NCBI GenBank assembly: GCA_028716485.1
Contig: JAQUPS010000006.1
Location: 651-64,650 of the forward strand
Direction of reading: 5' to 3'
DNA: 64,000 nucleotides
Source of the DNA: Patescibacteria group bacterium
Lineage (GTDB): Bacteria > Patescibacteriota > Patescibacteriia > Patescibacteriales > WJLG01
This document shows positions 53,501-61,299 of the stretch, in pieces. Numbering within the stretch: the first letter of the stretch is position 1; each line of letters starts with the position of its first letter. A program made the position numbers and the translations under genes. The notes beneath the pieces are model-generated. The model made no database searches, had not been told where the DNA came from, and was given only the letters and a program-made list of their open reading frames with translations.

Positions 53501-55068
53501 CCGTAACTATCATTCGCCGTTGCCGTTACGGTCACCGTTCCCGGATTTTTCGCATTAAGCAAGCCAGTTTGATTAATTGTTGCCGAGCCCGTTCCGTTTA
53601 TTACTGTCCATATTATATTTTGATTGCTTGCGCTTGATGGAAATACGGTTGCATTCATTTGCAAGGTATCGCCGCTGACAACGCCATTGATTTGATTCAG
53701 CTTAACTATAAAGCCTTGCCAAGTATAATAATCTGGGTAGGTCACATACGGCGTATCATTATCAACGAATAAAGGGAGGATGGAGGTGTCTGTGCCAAGC
53801 GACCAACCAGAAACATAGGGACTGCCTACGCTTACCCAGTTAGTGCCATCATATTTCATTACAACCGGACGAATATTATATTCACCGCTGATATACGCCG
53901 CGTACGGCGTACCATTCTCAACGAACAACGCTATAGGCCATGTTGCTCCGCCCTGACGAGGAAAATCCGGGTTTCCTACGTTTACCCAACCTGTCCCGTT
54001 GTACTCTATTACATTAATCTTGTAATTGTTTGCCATATTCTCATATGCTAAATACGGAACGCCATCGGATACGGAAAAGGACAGATAATGGCTAAATTGA
54101 TCAACGCTTACATCCGGATTTCCTACGTTTACCCAAATAGTTCCATCGTACTTCTCTACGTTAATATTTCCTCCGTTTGAATATGCTACATACGGAATAC
54201 CGTTGGATACGGATAAAGAAATATATTTTTCTTTATCTGAAAAATTCGGATTTCCTACGTTTTCCCAATTGATTCCATTATACTTCATTACCGTAACACT
54301 GTAATTATTATAGCTATCCAAGAATGCTACATATGGGATGCCATCGGATATTGATAAGGAAGCAACTCTCGCGCCTCCTTGTTGAGAAAAATTAAAATTG
54401 CCTAAATATACCCAATTTGTTCCGTCATACTTCATTACGCCATCAATACAAGCAACAAAAGGAGTGCCATTGTATACGGATAAATAGGAAAAGGAAGGAT
54501 TAAAACCTTTACAAAAATCCGGACCTCCTACGTTTTCCCAATTAATTCCATTATACTTTTTTACAATTATAGAATTGTTCCCCTCCATATATGTTACGTA
54601 TGGGATGTTATTATCAACGAACACTTCGTATGCTTGAGAAAAATCAGGGGTTCCTACGGGTGAAAATGATGCGCCTGCGCCCTCCACAGTTATTTTAACA
54701 ACTGGTATTAAAGACATGGTAATCCCCCTGTCAATCACAGATGAAGCGGTTACAATTATGCCATTGTTTGCCCCCAGGATAATCACATTGTCCCCAATCA
54801 ATATATCAGCAATGGCCGCGCCTTCACTGTTTTTCGTAAAGATAGTCGCGCCCGTGGTATTAATTGTGTAAGCCGTATTACTGTCACTTATCATCGTAAA
54901 ACTATTTCCGTTTAGCGCGCTCACGCTACCAGCTACGGCGGTATCAGCAAATGTAATTTTTGCAAACATAAAAAAACCGCCCACAACAATAGCGGCGGCC
55001 AACACAAAAATAAATTTGCTTGACAGCCATTGACTTCTGAATTTTATCGTGGCATGCATTTTATTCAA
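50557..55068 (-). CDS. giant secreted/surface protein: signal anchor, propeller-like repeats, Ig-like (Big_2-type) domain, LCAT/PGAP1-like alpha/beta-hydrolase (lipase) domain, Ig-like domains, variable helical C-terminal module
   Basis: 1503 aa.
- N-terminal TM (aa 17-40).
- ~7 repeats of the type NG(I/T)PYVAY...KY(N/D)G(I/T)NW.NVG (aa ~140-450).
- Big_2-like region (aa ~460-535).
- Lipase domain aa ~656-1030 (nt 51979-53103) with PGILGS, AHSMGG, DGDGTVP and THGY.
- C-terminal module from aa ~1377 (nt 50940). Confidence 0.85.
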   Translation of the reverse strand: MNKMHATIKFRSQWLSSKFIFVLAAAIVVGGFFMFAKITFADTAVAGSVSALNGNSFTMISDSNTAYTINTTGATIFTKNSEGAAIADILIGDNVIILGANNGIIVTASSVIDRGITMSLIPVVKITVEGAGASFSPVGTPDFSQAYEVFVDNNIPYVTYMEGNNSIIVKKYNGINWENVGGPDFCKGFNPSFSYLSVYNGTPFVACIDGVMKYDGTNWVYLGNFNFSQQGGARVASLSISDGIPYVAFLDSYNNYSVTVMKYNGINWENVGNPNFSDKEKYISLSVSNGIPYVAYSNGGNINVEKYDGTIWVNVGNPDVSVDQFSHYLSFSVSDGVPYLAYENMANNYKINVIEYNGTGWVNVGNPDFPRQGGATWPIALFVENGTPYAAYISGEYNIRPVVMKYDGTNWVSVGSPYVSGWSLGTDTSILPLFVDNDTPYVTYPDYYTWQGFIVKLNQINGVVSGDTLQMNATVFPSSASNQNIIWTVINGTGSATINQTGLLNAKNPGTVTVTATANDSYGVSGSEQITITNNGTIPIPQLSNLGQFRFDGTTPISVGVSITENIVVFRGTLTNPANNQTQLQVEVQPSGTAFTGVPTATSSFVASGQIASVALLNLSNDQYHWQARAVDSQSNASAWQTMSNPAVATDFSLARNPVIIVPGILGSYLKDYLSGDELWPNFALMALPGSDSYLNALKLDQYGNQDENNPIANSADIFRDVHLEIIGKVLIDRDFFRGLIEELENNGYEENKDLFVFPYDWRMNLDSTTGDSQSIWQATLKQKIIDIKNQTGAEKVDIIAHSMGGLLVKDYIDKNGNDNIDKFIDIATPHLGSPSAFKILNYGDDLDINFSGIFRLNPDEVKSISQNMPSIYQLLPSRKYFESDIPGLPITSSYIYDIAGGNQNVGILSPLNYDQSMSFLNDQGRNNFLLGYVGINAVNVNDELHSRIDNLPNSDNYYNIIGCGQATYAGVEKKGNGNWALPPVDGDGTVPLKSAIPFGSHQYYTNATTHGYIPSANGVRQLVTSILSGNENNFNFSQYSNLGQSQDQQRICKSINGTQVGSHSPVELNIYDENGNHTGPTVDGDIEENIPGVTYDILGNDKYAFLPAGHSYRVVNQATSSGELGITIQKIENSQPIQFAYFDSVKLDSAAANVEYDISDNQTQYLAKVDSNGDGTIDKTIAPDSVLTGEQINDLTAPQTTINISGQAGNNGYYVSDVQIKLSATDDNSGVLKTEYSLDDGQVWQDYVDKIILSGDGEHNIIYRSIDKAGNQEANQTATIEVDQIKPIISVLLPQEGQEVLRNNALDVEYFAADNFSGINTATAKIYFNGQTINSNTIDLFKQNLGSHQVKIAIQDLAGNQAEQIINFSVITDINGTIADVNRAYDEKMITKVEAKNGLINDLTDIKNFQEKYGQRIDKGKVMRDKAMAQCLKYKNQVWCTKKIDTIFDRFEYQLNKINQALIKLKYNLILTKLDVFLRTKWINQSGYNIIRGDMKYLISKL

Positions 55069-55098
55069 AAAAATATTAATATCAACGTTGATGACTTA

Positions 55099-55440
55099 CT
55101 AAAGCATTTCGGAAAAGGAAAATTTTTCCGCGTTGATTTCCAGCCAACCATCCTGAGCATCGTCCCATTTGTAAATTCCCAAACGGGAACTTTTTTCCGT
55201 CGGGCTGTAAAGATATTCCACTCCGGTATCTGATCCGCCGCGATGAGAATAGATGGTTTTTTTACCCAAAACCAAAGGCTTTTCGATCAATTCAAGCCTG
55301 ATTTTTCCAATCGGGCTTTCAAATTCGATAAAATCAATATCAACTCCGCCTTCCTCGTCGAAATGCTCCGACCCCTTATCGATAACCTTGCCGGCATCCA
55401 GAACTTTTCCCTTAATCGCTTCCCATTTTTCACGGGTCAT
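55099..55440 (-). CDS. hypothetical protein
   Basis: 113-aa ORF 30 nt upstream of the giant gene, same strand. Confidence 0.5.
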   Translation of the reverse strand: MTREKWEAIKGKVLDAGKVIDKGSEHFDEEGGVDIDFIEFESPIGKIRLELIEKPLVLGKKTIYSHRGGSDTGVEYLYSPTEKSSRLGIYKWDDAQDGWLEINAEKFSFSEML

Positions 55441-55446
55441 AAATCA

Positions 55447-55591
55447 CGTAACACGCAACCCATAACACATAACATGCAAAGAATCGCCCGTTACCTTTAT
55501 TTCTTCTTAATGCAATTATATCATTTCCTTGATAAAAATCAAAGGGAAATTTTATCGGCGGCTTGTTGCGTGTTACGCGCTACGTGTTACG
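55447..55591. repeat. 7-nt periodic inverted repeat (gtaacac / gtgttac units)
   Basis: cgtaacacgcaac (55447-55459) is perfectly complementary to gttgcgtgttacg (55565-55577). cgtgttacg is repeated at 55583-55591. Confidence 0.7.
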
Positions 55592-56482
55592 AGAAGAAAA
55601 TTCGCAGCCGCAATATTTTTGCCGATAAAAACCGTATTTTTTCGATAATACCAGGGAGCGCTGCCAGCCGTTGTTTTCCTTAAAATCTTTATCAAGAAAT
55701 TTCTGGCCCATTGATTCGGCGATGGCCGAGCCGATTTTATTGACCAGATAAGAATTTTTATGCGGACTGATAGCCAGAGTTGTGCCGTAAAAATGGAAAT
55801 TTCTTCGGCTGGCCAGCTCGGCGGCCGACTGCAAGCGATGGGTAAAGCACAGTTCGCAGCGGGAACCGCCTTCGAGATCCGCTTCGTGGCCTTTGACCGC
55901 CTCTAACCAGTTCTGATAATCATAATTCCCTACTCTCAATTTAACACCGAATTTTTTAGCTAGATTCTTAACCTCAGCCAAGCGCTTCCGATATTCTTTT
56001 TCCGGGTGAATATTCGGATTGAAAAAATACAATTCCAATTTATACCCGGCTTGCAAGATTTCCGCCACGGCTACCGCGCAGGGCGCGCAGCAGACATGTA
56101 AGAGCAATTTTTGCCGAGGGGCGTAATTAAGCATGTAAGCCAAAGGAATGGCTAGTAAAGTTCCGATCAAGCCGGCCGAAAAATCCAAATACGAAGGCGT
56201 GCGTCCGGGAATATAAGCCTGCGCGTATTCGCCCAGCACATTAATCAAGGTAACCGCGGTAAATGAAAATAAAGCGATGCGAGCGAATTTAAATTTATCC
56301 CAGGCAATGCCAATCACGATAAATAAATATGCCATGACGCCGAAAAATACCAGATGTGCCGCTTTATCGTAATAAGTTATCTCTCTGACAGTTCTGGGCA
56401 CATCAACCATCGGATACCAAAGCAGCGATAGCACTCCTGCCACCCAGCAAAGCAAAATAAAAATTAATAAATATTTTTTCAT
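55580..56482 (-). CDS. queH: VanZ-like membrane domain fused to epoxyqueuosine reductase QueH (DUF208)
   Basis: The N-terminal ~130 aa are VanZ-like (DKAAHLVFF...GEYAQAYIPGRTPSYLDF). The C-terminal part is LLLHVCCAPC...CELCF...YCGCEF. Start trimmed to MKKYLL. Confidence 0.8.
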   Translation of the reverse strand: MKKYLLIFILLCWVAGVLSLLWYPMVDVPRTVREITYYDKAAHLVFFGVMAYLFIVIGIAWDKFKFARIALFSFTAVTLINVLGEYAQAYIPGRTPSYLDFSAGLIGTLLAIPLAYMLNYAPRQKLLLHVCCAPCAVAVAEILQAGYKLELYFFNPNIHPEKEYRKRLAEVKNLAKKFGVKLRVGNYDYQNWLEAVKGHEADLEGGSRCELCFTHRLQSAAELASRRNFHFYGTTLAISPHKNSYLVNKIGSAIAESMGQKFLDKDFKENNGWQRSLVLSKKYGFYRQKYCGCEFSSRNT

Positions 56483-56524
56483 AATTTCGCCTGTGAATAT
56501 TATGGGGCGCAAGATATCGCGTTC

Positions 56525-57553
56525 CTACGATTTTTTTTCCAAAAAAGCAAAAGCGACAATCAGCCCGACCATAATTAAAAAAAGCAATCCTATCGCCAAT
56601 AATTTTCCCCGGCTTTGCAAAAATAGAGCGCTCAAACCGAACAATAGAGAAAAGCCGTAAAAAATCAAAACTGTTTTTCTCTGCCCGATGCCCAAGCCCA
56701 GCAAGCGATAATGCAGGTGCGCCCGGTCGGCAGCGCGGAAAGGATTTTTTCCGGCAATGGTTCGCCGCAAAATCGTCCAGGCGAAATCCAAAAGCGGCAA
56801 CCCCAAAACCAATAAAGCAATGGCAATCTTGCCGCCGGAAATAATGGCTAAAACTCCCAAAATATAGCCCAAGAGCAATGAACCGCCTTCGCCCAGGAAA
56901 ATTCTGGCCGGATGCCAGTTGAAAATCAGAAAACCGAAACAGGCGGCGGCGAAAATTATCGCCGCCAGGGCGATGTCCGGCTGAAAATATTTGGGAAAAA
57001 TAGTGAAAAGAAAAATTACCAATCCGCCGATGCCGCTTATTCCGGCAACTAACCCGTCAAGTCCATCGAGTAATTTGGTGGTGTACATCATCGCCAAGAG
57101 CCAGATAACCGTGAAAATCGCCGAGGCGCCGGCGCCGATATACAAAAAACCACCCAAAGGATTGGTGATTTTGCCAATGCCGATTTGTCCGGCTATCACG
57201 CAGGCAATCGCCAGAATCGGCCAGATAATCTGCCGGCTTGGCTTTAAATCATATTTGTCATCAAAAAATCCGCCGACCATCAAGAAACAGGCGCCGGCAA
57301 AAAACCAGAGCCAATGGCGGCAGGTGAGGACGCCGACGATCAGCTCGGCGCGGAAAAAAAACAACGTCAAAAAAAACGCCGCGAAAATCGCCAGGCCGCC
57401 GAGCAAGGGAATGGGCTTATCGTGGAATTTCCTTTGCGCGTCAGGACGGTCAAGAATATTAAACCTGGCGGCCAAACGCATCGCCAGCAGAGTAAAAACT
57501 ATTGCCAGCGCCCCGGAGCAGATTGCCGGGATGAAATAGGAAAGTATTGACAT
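56525..57553 (-). CDS. polyprenyl-phosphate sugar-1-phosphate transferase (MraY/WecA, GT4 family)
   Basis: 342 aa with ~10 TM helices. Motifs FFDDKYDL, TKLLDGLDGL, FLGEGGS. Confidence 0.85.
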   Translation of the reverse strand: MSILSYFIPAICSGALAIVFTLLAMRLAARFNILDRPDAQRKFHDKPIPLLGGLAIFAAFFLTLFFFRAELIVGVLTCRHWLWFFAGACFLMVGGFFDDKYDLKPSRQIIWPILAIACVIAGQIGIGKITNPLGGFLYIGAGASAIFTVIWLLAMMYTTKLLDGLDGLVAGISGIGGLVIFLFTIFPKYFQPDIALAAIIFAAACFGFLIFNWHPARIFLGEGGSLLLGYILGVLAIISGGKIAIALLVLGLPLLDFAWTILRRTIAGKNPFRAADRAHLHYRLLGLGIGQRKTVLIFYGFSLLFGLSALFLQSRGKLLAIGLLFLIMVGLIVAFAFLEKKS

Positions 57554-57625
57554 TAAATAAAAAATTATTTATGATGAATTTAGGAATGCTCTTTCTTTAA
57601 CGCTTGCCAAAAAAGGAGGTAAAAA

Positions 57626-57859
57626 ATGGATTGCAAAGACAAGCGGATAATAAATGCCCTGGTTTTTGCTTCTTCCGATTCTGATCCGCCCAAGCTTGAC
57701 GACACGAAAGCTTTGGAAATCTACACTGAAGTCGCCAAAGAATTAGCGGCTCAGGAAGAAAATCAAAGCGAAAAAGCGTTGTCTCAACCGTCCCGGCATT
57801 TCCTGCAGACCCTGAAGAAAGTGCTGGACAGAATGTACGCCATAACCGCGGAGGATTAA
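57626..57859 (+). CDS. hypothetical protein
   Basis: 77-aa ORF with a strong SD (aaaggaggtaaaaaATG) and a downstream terminator. Confidence 0.55.
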   Translation: MDCKDKRIINALVFASSDSDPPKLDDTKALEIYTEVAKELAAQEENQSEKALSQPSRHFLQTLKKVLDRMYAITAED

Positions 57860-57878
57860 ATGACCAGAGCAACCGTTG

Positions 57879-57920
57879 AAGGACGCGATTATTTTTTAAT
57901 AATACGCGTCCTTTTCTTTT
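57879..57920 (+). terminator. intrinsic terminator (aaggacgcg / cgcgtcctt + T-rich)
   Basis: Stem 57879-57887 / 57905-57913, then ttctttt. Confidence 0.6.
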
Positions 57921-57972
57921 CGAATATCGGATTTCGGATTTTGGATATGCTCTTTGATCTTTGCTCTTAATC

Positions 57973-60720
57973 TTATAACTCCCTCGCTTTTTTAACTTCT
58001 ATCTCGGCGCTGTCGTTGATGACGACCGTATCGCGGCGAGCTAATTCATTGCCTAATATTTTTTTAGCGATTTCATCTTCGATCTTATCCTGAATCAGGC
58101 GGCGCAACGGGCGGGCGCCGAATTTTGGATCATAGCCCAAGCGGGCGATTTCCGCCAAACCGGCATCGGAAATTTCCAATTCCATTCCTTTCGCTTTAAG
58201 CATTCCCGCCACGTCAGCCAGCATCAACCGGGCGATGGCGACAGTATCCTTTTCCGAAAGCGGCTTGAAGACGATGATGCCATCAAAGCGATTGATCAAT
58301 TCCGGCCGCATAATCCGGCTCAACTGTTCATTGATCAAAGAATTTTTTATCTGTTCAATCGGCGTATTTTTAATAATCTCGTCTTCAATATAATTAGAGC
58401 CGGCATTGGAAGTGGCAATGACGATGCTATTGGTAAAATCAATCGTCTGGCCTTGGCCGTCGGTAAGGCGGCCGTCATCCATCACTTGTAAAAATAAATT
58501 AAAAATTTTCGGATTGGCTTTCTCAAATTCATCCAAAAGAATAAGCGAGAAAGGTTTTTGGCGCACGGCTTCGGTCAGATAGCCTTTGGTGCCGTCCGAA
58601 TCGCCGATCATTTTCTTGATGCTGTCTTCTTCCTGATATTCGCTCATATCCAGCCTGACCAGCAGATCTTTCTTGTTAAAATAAACGCGGGAAATGGTTT
58701 TGGCCAGTTCGGTTTTACCGACGCCGGTCGGGCCGAGGAATAAAAAGCTGGCGATCGGCCGCTTGCCTTCGCGCATTTCCGTGCGGGCGCGGCGCAAACT
58801 ATTCGCCACCATGTCGACCGCTTCCTCCTGGTCAACCATATATTTATGGATTTCTTCTTCCAGATTTAATAATTTTTCGCCTTCCTGCTCTCCTAAATCC
58901 TGCACCGGAATTTCTGTCAGCTGATTAATGATCAAGGCGATGTCATTTTTATCGCAAATATGCCTTTCGCCCTTATGCTCGCCGGCCGCCTTGACGGCGG
59001 TTTTTTCTAAGATTTCAATCGCCTTTTCCGGCAAGGATTTTTCGTGGATGAATTTAGCGGACAGCTCGACCGCGGCCTCGATCGCGTTATACGAAAAGAA
59101 TATATTGTTGCGCGCTTCCAGATAGCCGATCTTGCTTTCCAAAATCTGAATGGCCTGGTCTTTGTCCGGCTCGGCGATTTTCAAACGCGTCATCGTCCGC
59201 CCGATGGCCGACTTTTCCACATGCTGGGAATAATTTTGATCCGAGGCCGTGGCCAAGCAGCGCAATAATCCTTTTTCCAGCTGGGTCGCCAAGACTTCGG
59301 ACAATTCCAAACTGCCTTCCGCTCCGGCCGTAATGCCGATGATATTTTCCAGATTGTCGATAAATAAAATAATGTTGCCGGCGCGATTTATTTCGTCAAT
59401 TATAGTTAAGAGGCGCGCTTCGGCATCGGCGGCTGTCGCCCCGGAAACCAATCTGGCCACGTCCAGCTCGATTAAGCGCTTGTCGCGCATAAAATCCGGC
59501 ACGTTTTCTTCGGTAACCATTTCCCGGGCAATGCCTTCGATTATCGTCTTCTTGCCCACTCCGTCCTGGCCGGTCAATAAAACCCCGTTCGCCCCGCTTT
59601 TCAAGGCATCAAAAACAGCGGTGATTTCTTTGGCTCTGGCCACGCAAAGCTGTAATCTTCCCCACTTGGCGGCCAGCGTCAGATCATAGCCGAAATTATT
59701 CAAAAGCGGCGTGGCCACGGCCGTATAAGCGCGATCCATTATCGTCTTAGGTTTAAAAATAGCTAATTTCCGGTAAAGCCGGTAATTTGCCACTTGCTGT
59801 TCATTGATACGGAACCAGGCGATGGTATTCTTGATTTTATTTTCATCGATCTTCAAGTCCAAAAGAATTTCCGCGACAATGCGATTGCTGACGACGCAGG
59901 GCAAAAGCAAATTCAGAACCGTAGTATTATCTTCTTTTAATTCATAGGCTTCGACAAAGCCTTGCATTAAAATTTCTTTCACTTCATTGGCGATTTTCAA
60001 ATCAGCTTCTTTTTTCAAAGTAGCGGGCAAAGCTGATAGCTGGCTGTTGAGCCGATCGACCAAATCCCGTCCGCTGACATTAAGCCGGGCGAAAAGAACC
60101 GAAATTTTGACCGATTTAAGCATGGCGGAAAATAAATGCAAGCTGGTAACCTCGGGATTTTTCAATTTCAGCGCCAGCGAATAAGCATCCTCGATTATCG
60201 ACAATGTCTTATCCCGGAAAGTCAGGGAAATATCCAGTCTTTTTTTATAGCGGCGCAATTGTTCCCAGTTATCGGGATAAGTTTTCAGTTCGATTAATTT
60301 GAATTCTTTGATTCTCGCTTCATCGTCGCGCATTTTATCGGCGCGATAAATCAAAAACATCAGCGCCGCGAGCCCCAACCAGAAAAATAAGATGAAAATG
60401 CTTTTCTCCTGCCAGAAAAATAAAATTTTATTTAAAATTCCGGCTGATAAATTCTGCCAAAGCCAAAAAACCAGCGAACCCAACCCGCCGATAAAGATCA
60501 AAAAAGCGATCAGGTCAATCAGCAAGTCCAAAAAATGCTTGACTTGGCGCAAGAAAATATTGCCGCGGCTGATGCGCAATCCCCAATACAAAAAATTGCC
60601 GCGATAAAAAAGGCCTTCGCCGATTCCGCCGCATTCGGCGCAAGAAAAATTCTTGTCATTGGCGCCGCTGCCCGAGCAGGTCGGACAGGTGATGAAAGAT
60701 TGTTCGGAATTTTGCTTCAT
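57973..60720 (-). CDS. membrane-anchored Clp/Hsp100-type AAA+ protein with N-terminal DnaJ-type zinc finger; D1 degenerate, D2 canonical
   Basis: CPTCSGSG...CAECGGIG, two TM helices, Clp_N-like repeats. D1 has GQDGVGKKT and FIDNLEN. D2 has GPTGVGKTE and LLDEFEKA. Confidence 0.85.
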   Translation of the reverse strand: MKQNSEQSFITCPTCSGSGANDKNFSCAECGGIGEGLFYRGNFLYWGLRISRGNIFLRQVKHFLDLLIDLIAFLIFIGGLGSLVFWLWQNLSAGILNKILFFWQEKSIFILFFWLGLAALMFLIYRADKMRDDEARIKEFKLIELKTYPDNWEQLRRYKKRLDISLTFRDKTLSIIEDAYSLALKLKNPEVTSLHLFSAMLKSVKISVLFARLNVSGRDLVDRLNSQLSALPATLKKEADLKIANEVKEILMQGFVEAYELKEDNTTVLNLLLPCVVSNRIVAEILLDLKIDENKIKNTIAWFRINEQQVANYRLYRKLAIFKPKTIMDRAYTAVATPLLNNFGYDLTLAAKWGRLQLCVARAKEITAVFDALKSGANGVLLTGQDGVGKKTIIEGIAREMVTEENVPDFMRDKRLIELDVARLVSGATAADAEARLLTIIDEINRAGNIILFIDNLENIIGITAGAEGSLELSEVLATQLEKGLLRCLATASDQNYSQHVEKSAIGRTMTRLKIAEPDKDQAIQILESKIGYLEARNNIFFSYNAIEAAVELSAKFIHEKSLPEKAIEILEKTAVKAAGEHKGERHICDKNDIALIINQLTEIPVQDLGEQEGEKLLNLEEEIHKYMVDQEEAVDMVANSLRRARTEMREGKRPIASFLFLGPTGVGKTELAKTISRVYFNKKDLLVRLDMSEYQEEDSIKKMIGDSDGTKGYLTEAVRQKPFSLILLDEFEKANPKIFNLFLQVMDDGRLTDGQGQTIDFTNSIVIATSNAGSNYIEDEIIKNTPIEQIKNSLINEQLSRIMRPELINRFDGIIVFKPLSEKDTVAIARLMLADVAGMLKAKGMELEISDAGLAEIARLGYDPKFGARPLRRLIQDKIEDEIAKKILGNELARRDTVVINDSAEIEVKKAREL

Positions 60721-60723
60721 ATA

Positions 60724-61083
60724 TCAAAATTGCAGGACTATCATGTAAATAATCAAGATTGGCGATAAAAGCCAGAGCCAAAAAATAATCAAGGCAATAA
60801 TCACCCAAAACAATAAAATCAGGCTGCGGAAAATAATCTGGATCAATCTGACAAAAAAACTGATGATTGCGCCCTGGATATCGCGCTGGCCATACATCGG
60901 CACGAAGATATTTTTTATCCACACTATCAGGGCTAAAGATTTTTCCTTGCCAGCGACAAATCCGGCCAAACCTTTGACAATCTTGGCTAAGCCGAGGGAA
61001 TACCACCAGAACGGAAAAAAGACGATATCTTTGAAAATATCGGCGAAAATTTTGGATAAAGTTATGTTGGAATTTTTAAGCAT
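60724..61083 (-). CDS. small membrane protein
   Basis: 119-aa ORF 3 nt upstream of the Clp-like gene, with 3 TM helices. Confidence 0.5.
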   Translation of the reverse strand: MLKNSNITLSKIFADIFKDIVFFPFWWYSLGLAKIVKGLAGFVAGKEKSLALIVWIKNIFVPMYGQRDIQGAIISFFVRLIQIIFRSLILLFWVIIALIIFWLWLLSPILIIYMIVLQF

Positions 61084-61164
61084 TTCAGCCTATCAGGATC
61101 ATTAATTAAATTTTTTATTATACCGTTATTATAACACAAATCCTTAGCTTGTTGAACAGTTTAC

Positions 61165-61245
61165 GTCTTGGGCTAAAGGCCTATGGCGCAAGGCCAGGGT
61201 CTGAACAGAATCCTTTAGCCATAAGCCTTGCACCTAAAGCCCAAA
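61165..61245. repeat. 7-nt periodic element with unit-wise complementarity
   Basis: ctaaagg cctatgg cgcaagg is followed by cctttag ccataag ccttgca cctaaag. The complements appear in the same order rather than mirror order. Confidence 0.6.
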
Positions 61246-61250
61246 TGCCG

Positions 61251-61278
61251 AATAAAAACCCCGCTCTTGGCAAGCGAG
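61251..61278 (-). terminator. intrinsic terminator on the minus strand
   Basis: Minus strand reads cctcgct tgccaag agcgggg ttttt. Confidence 0.55.
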
Positions 61279-61299
61279 GTATTGTCTAAATTTGAAAAA

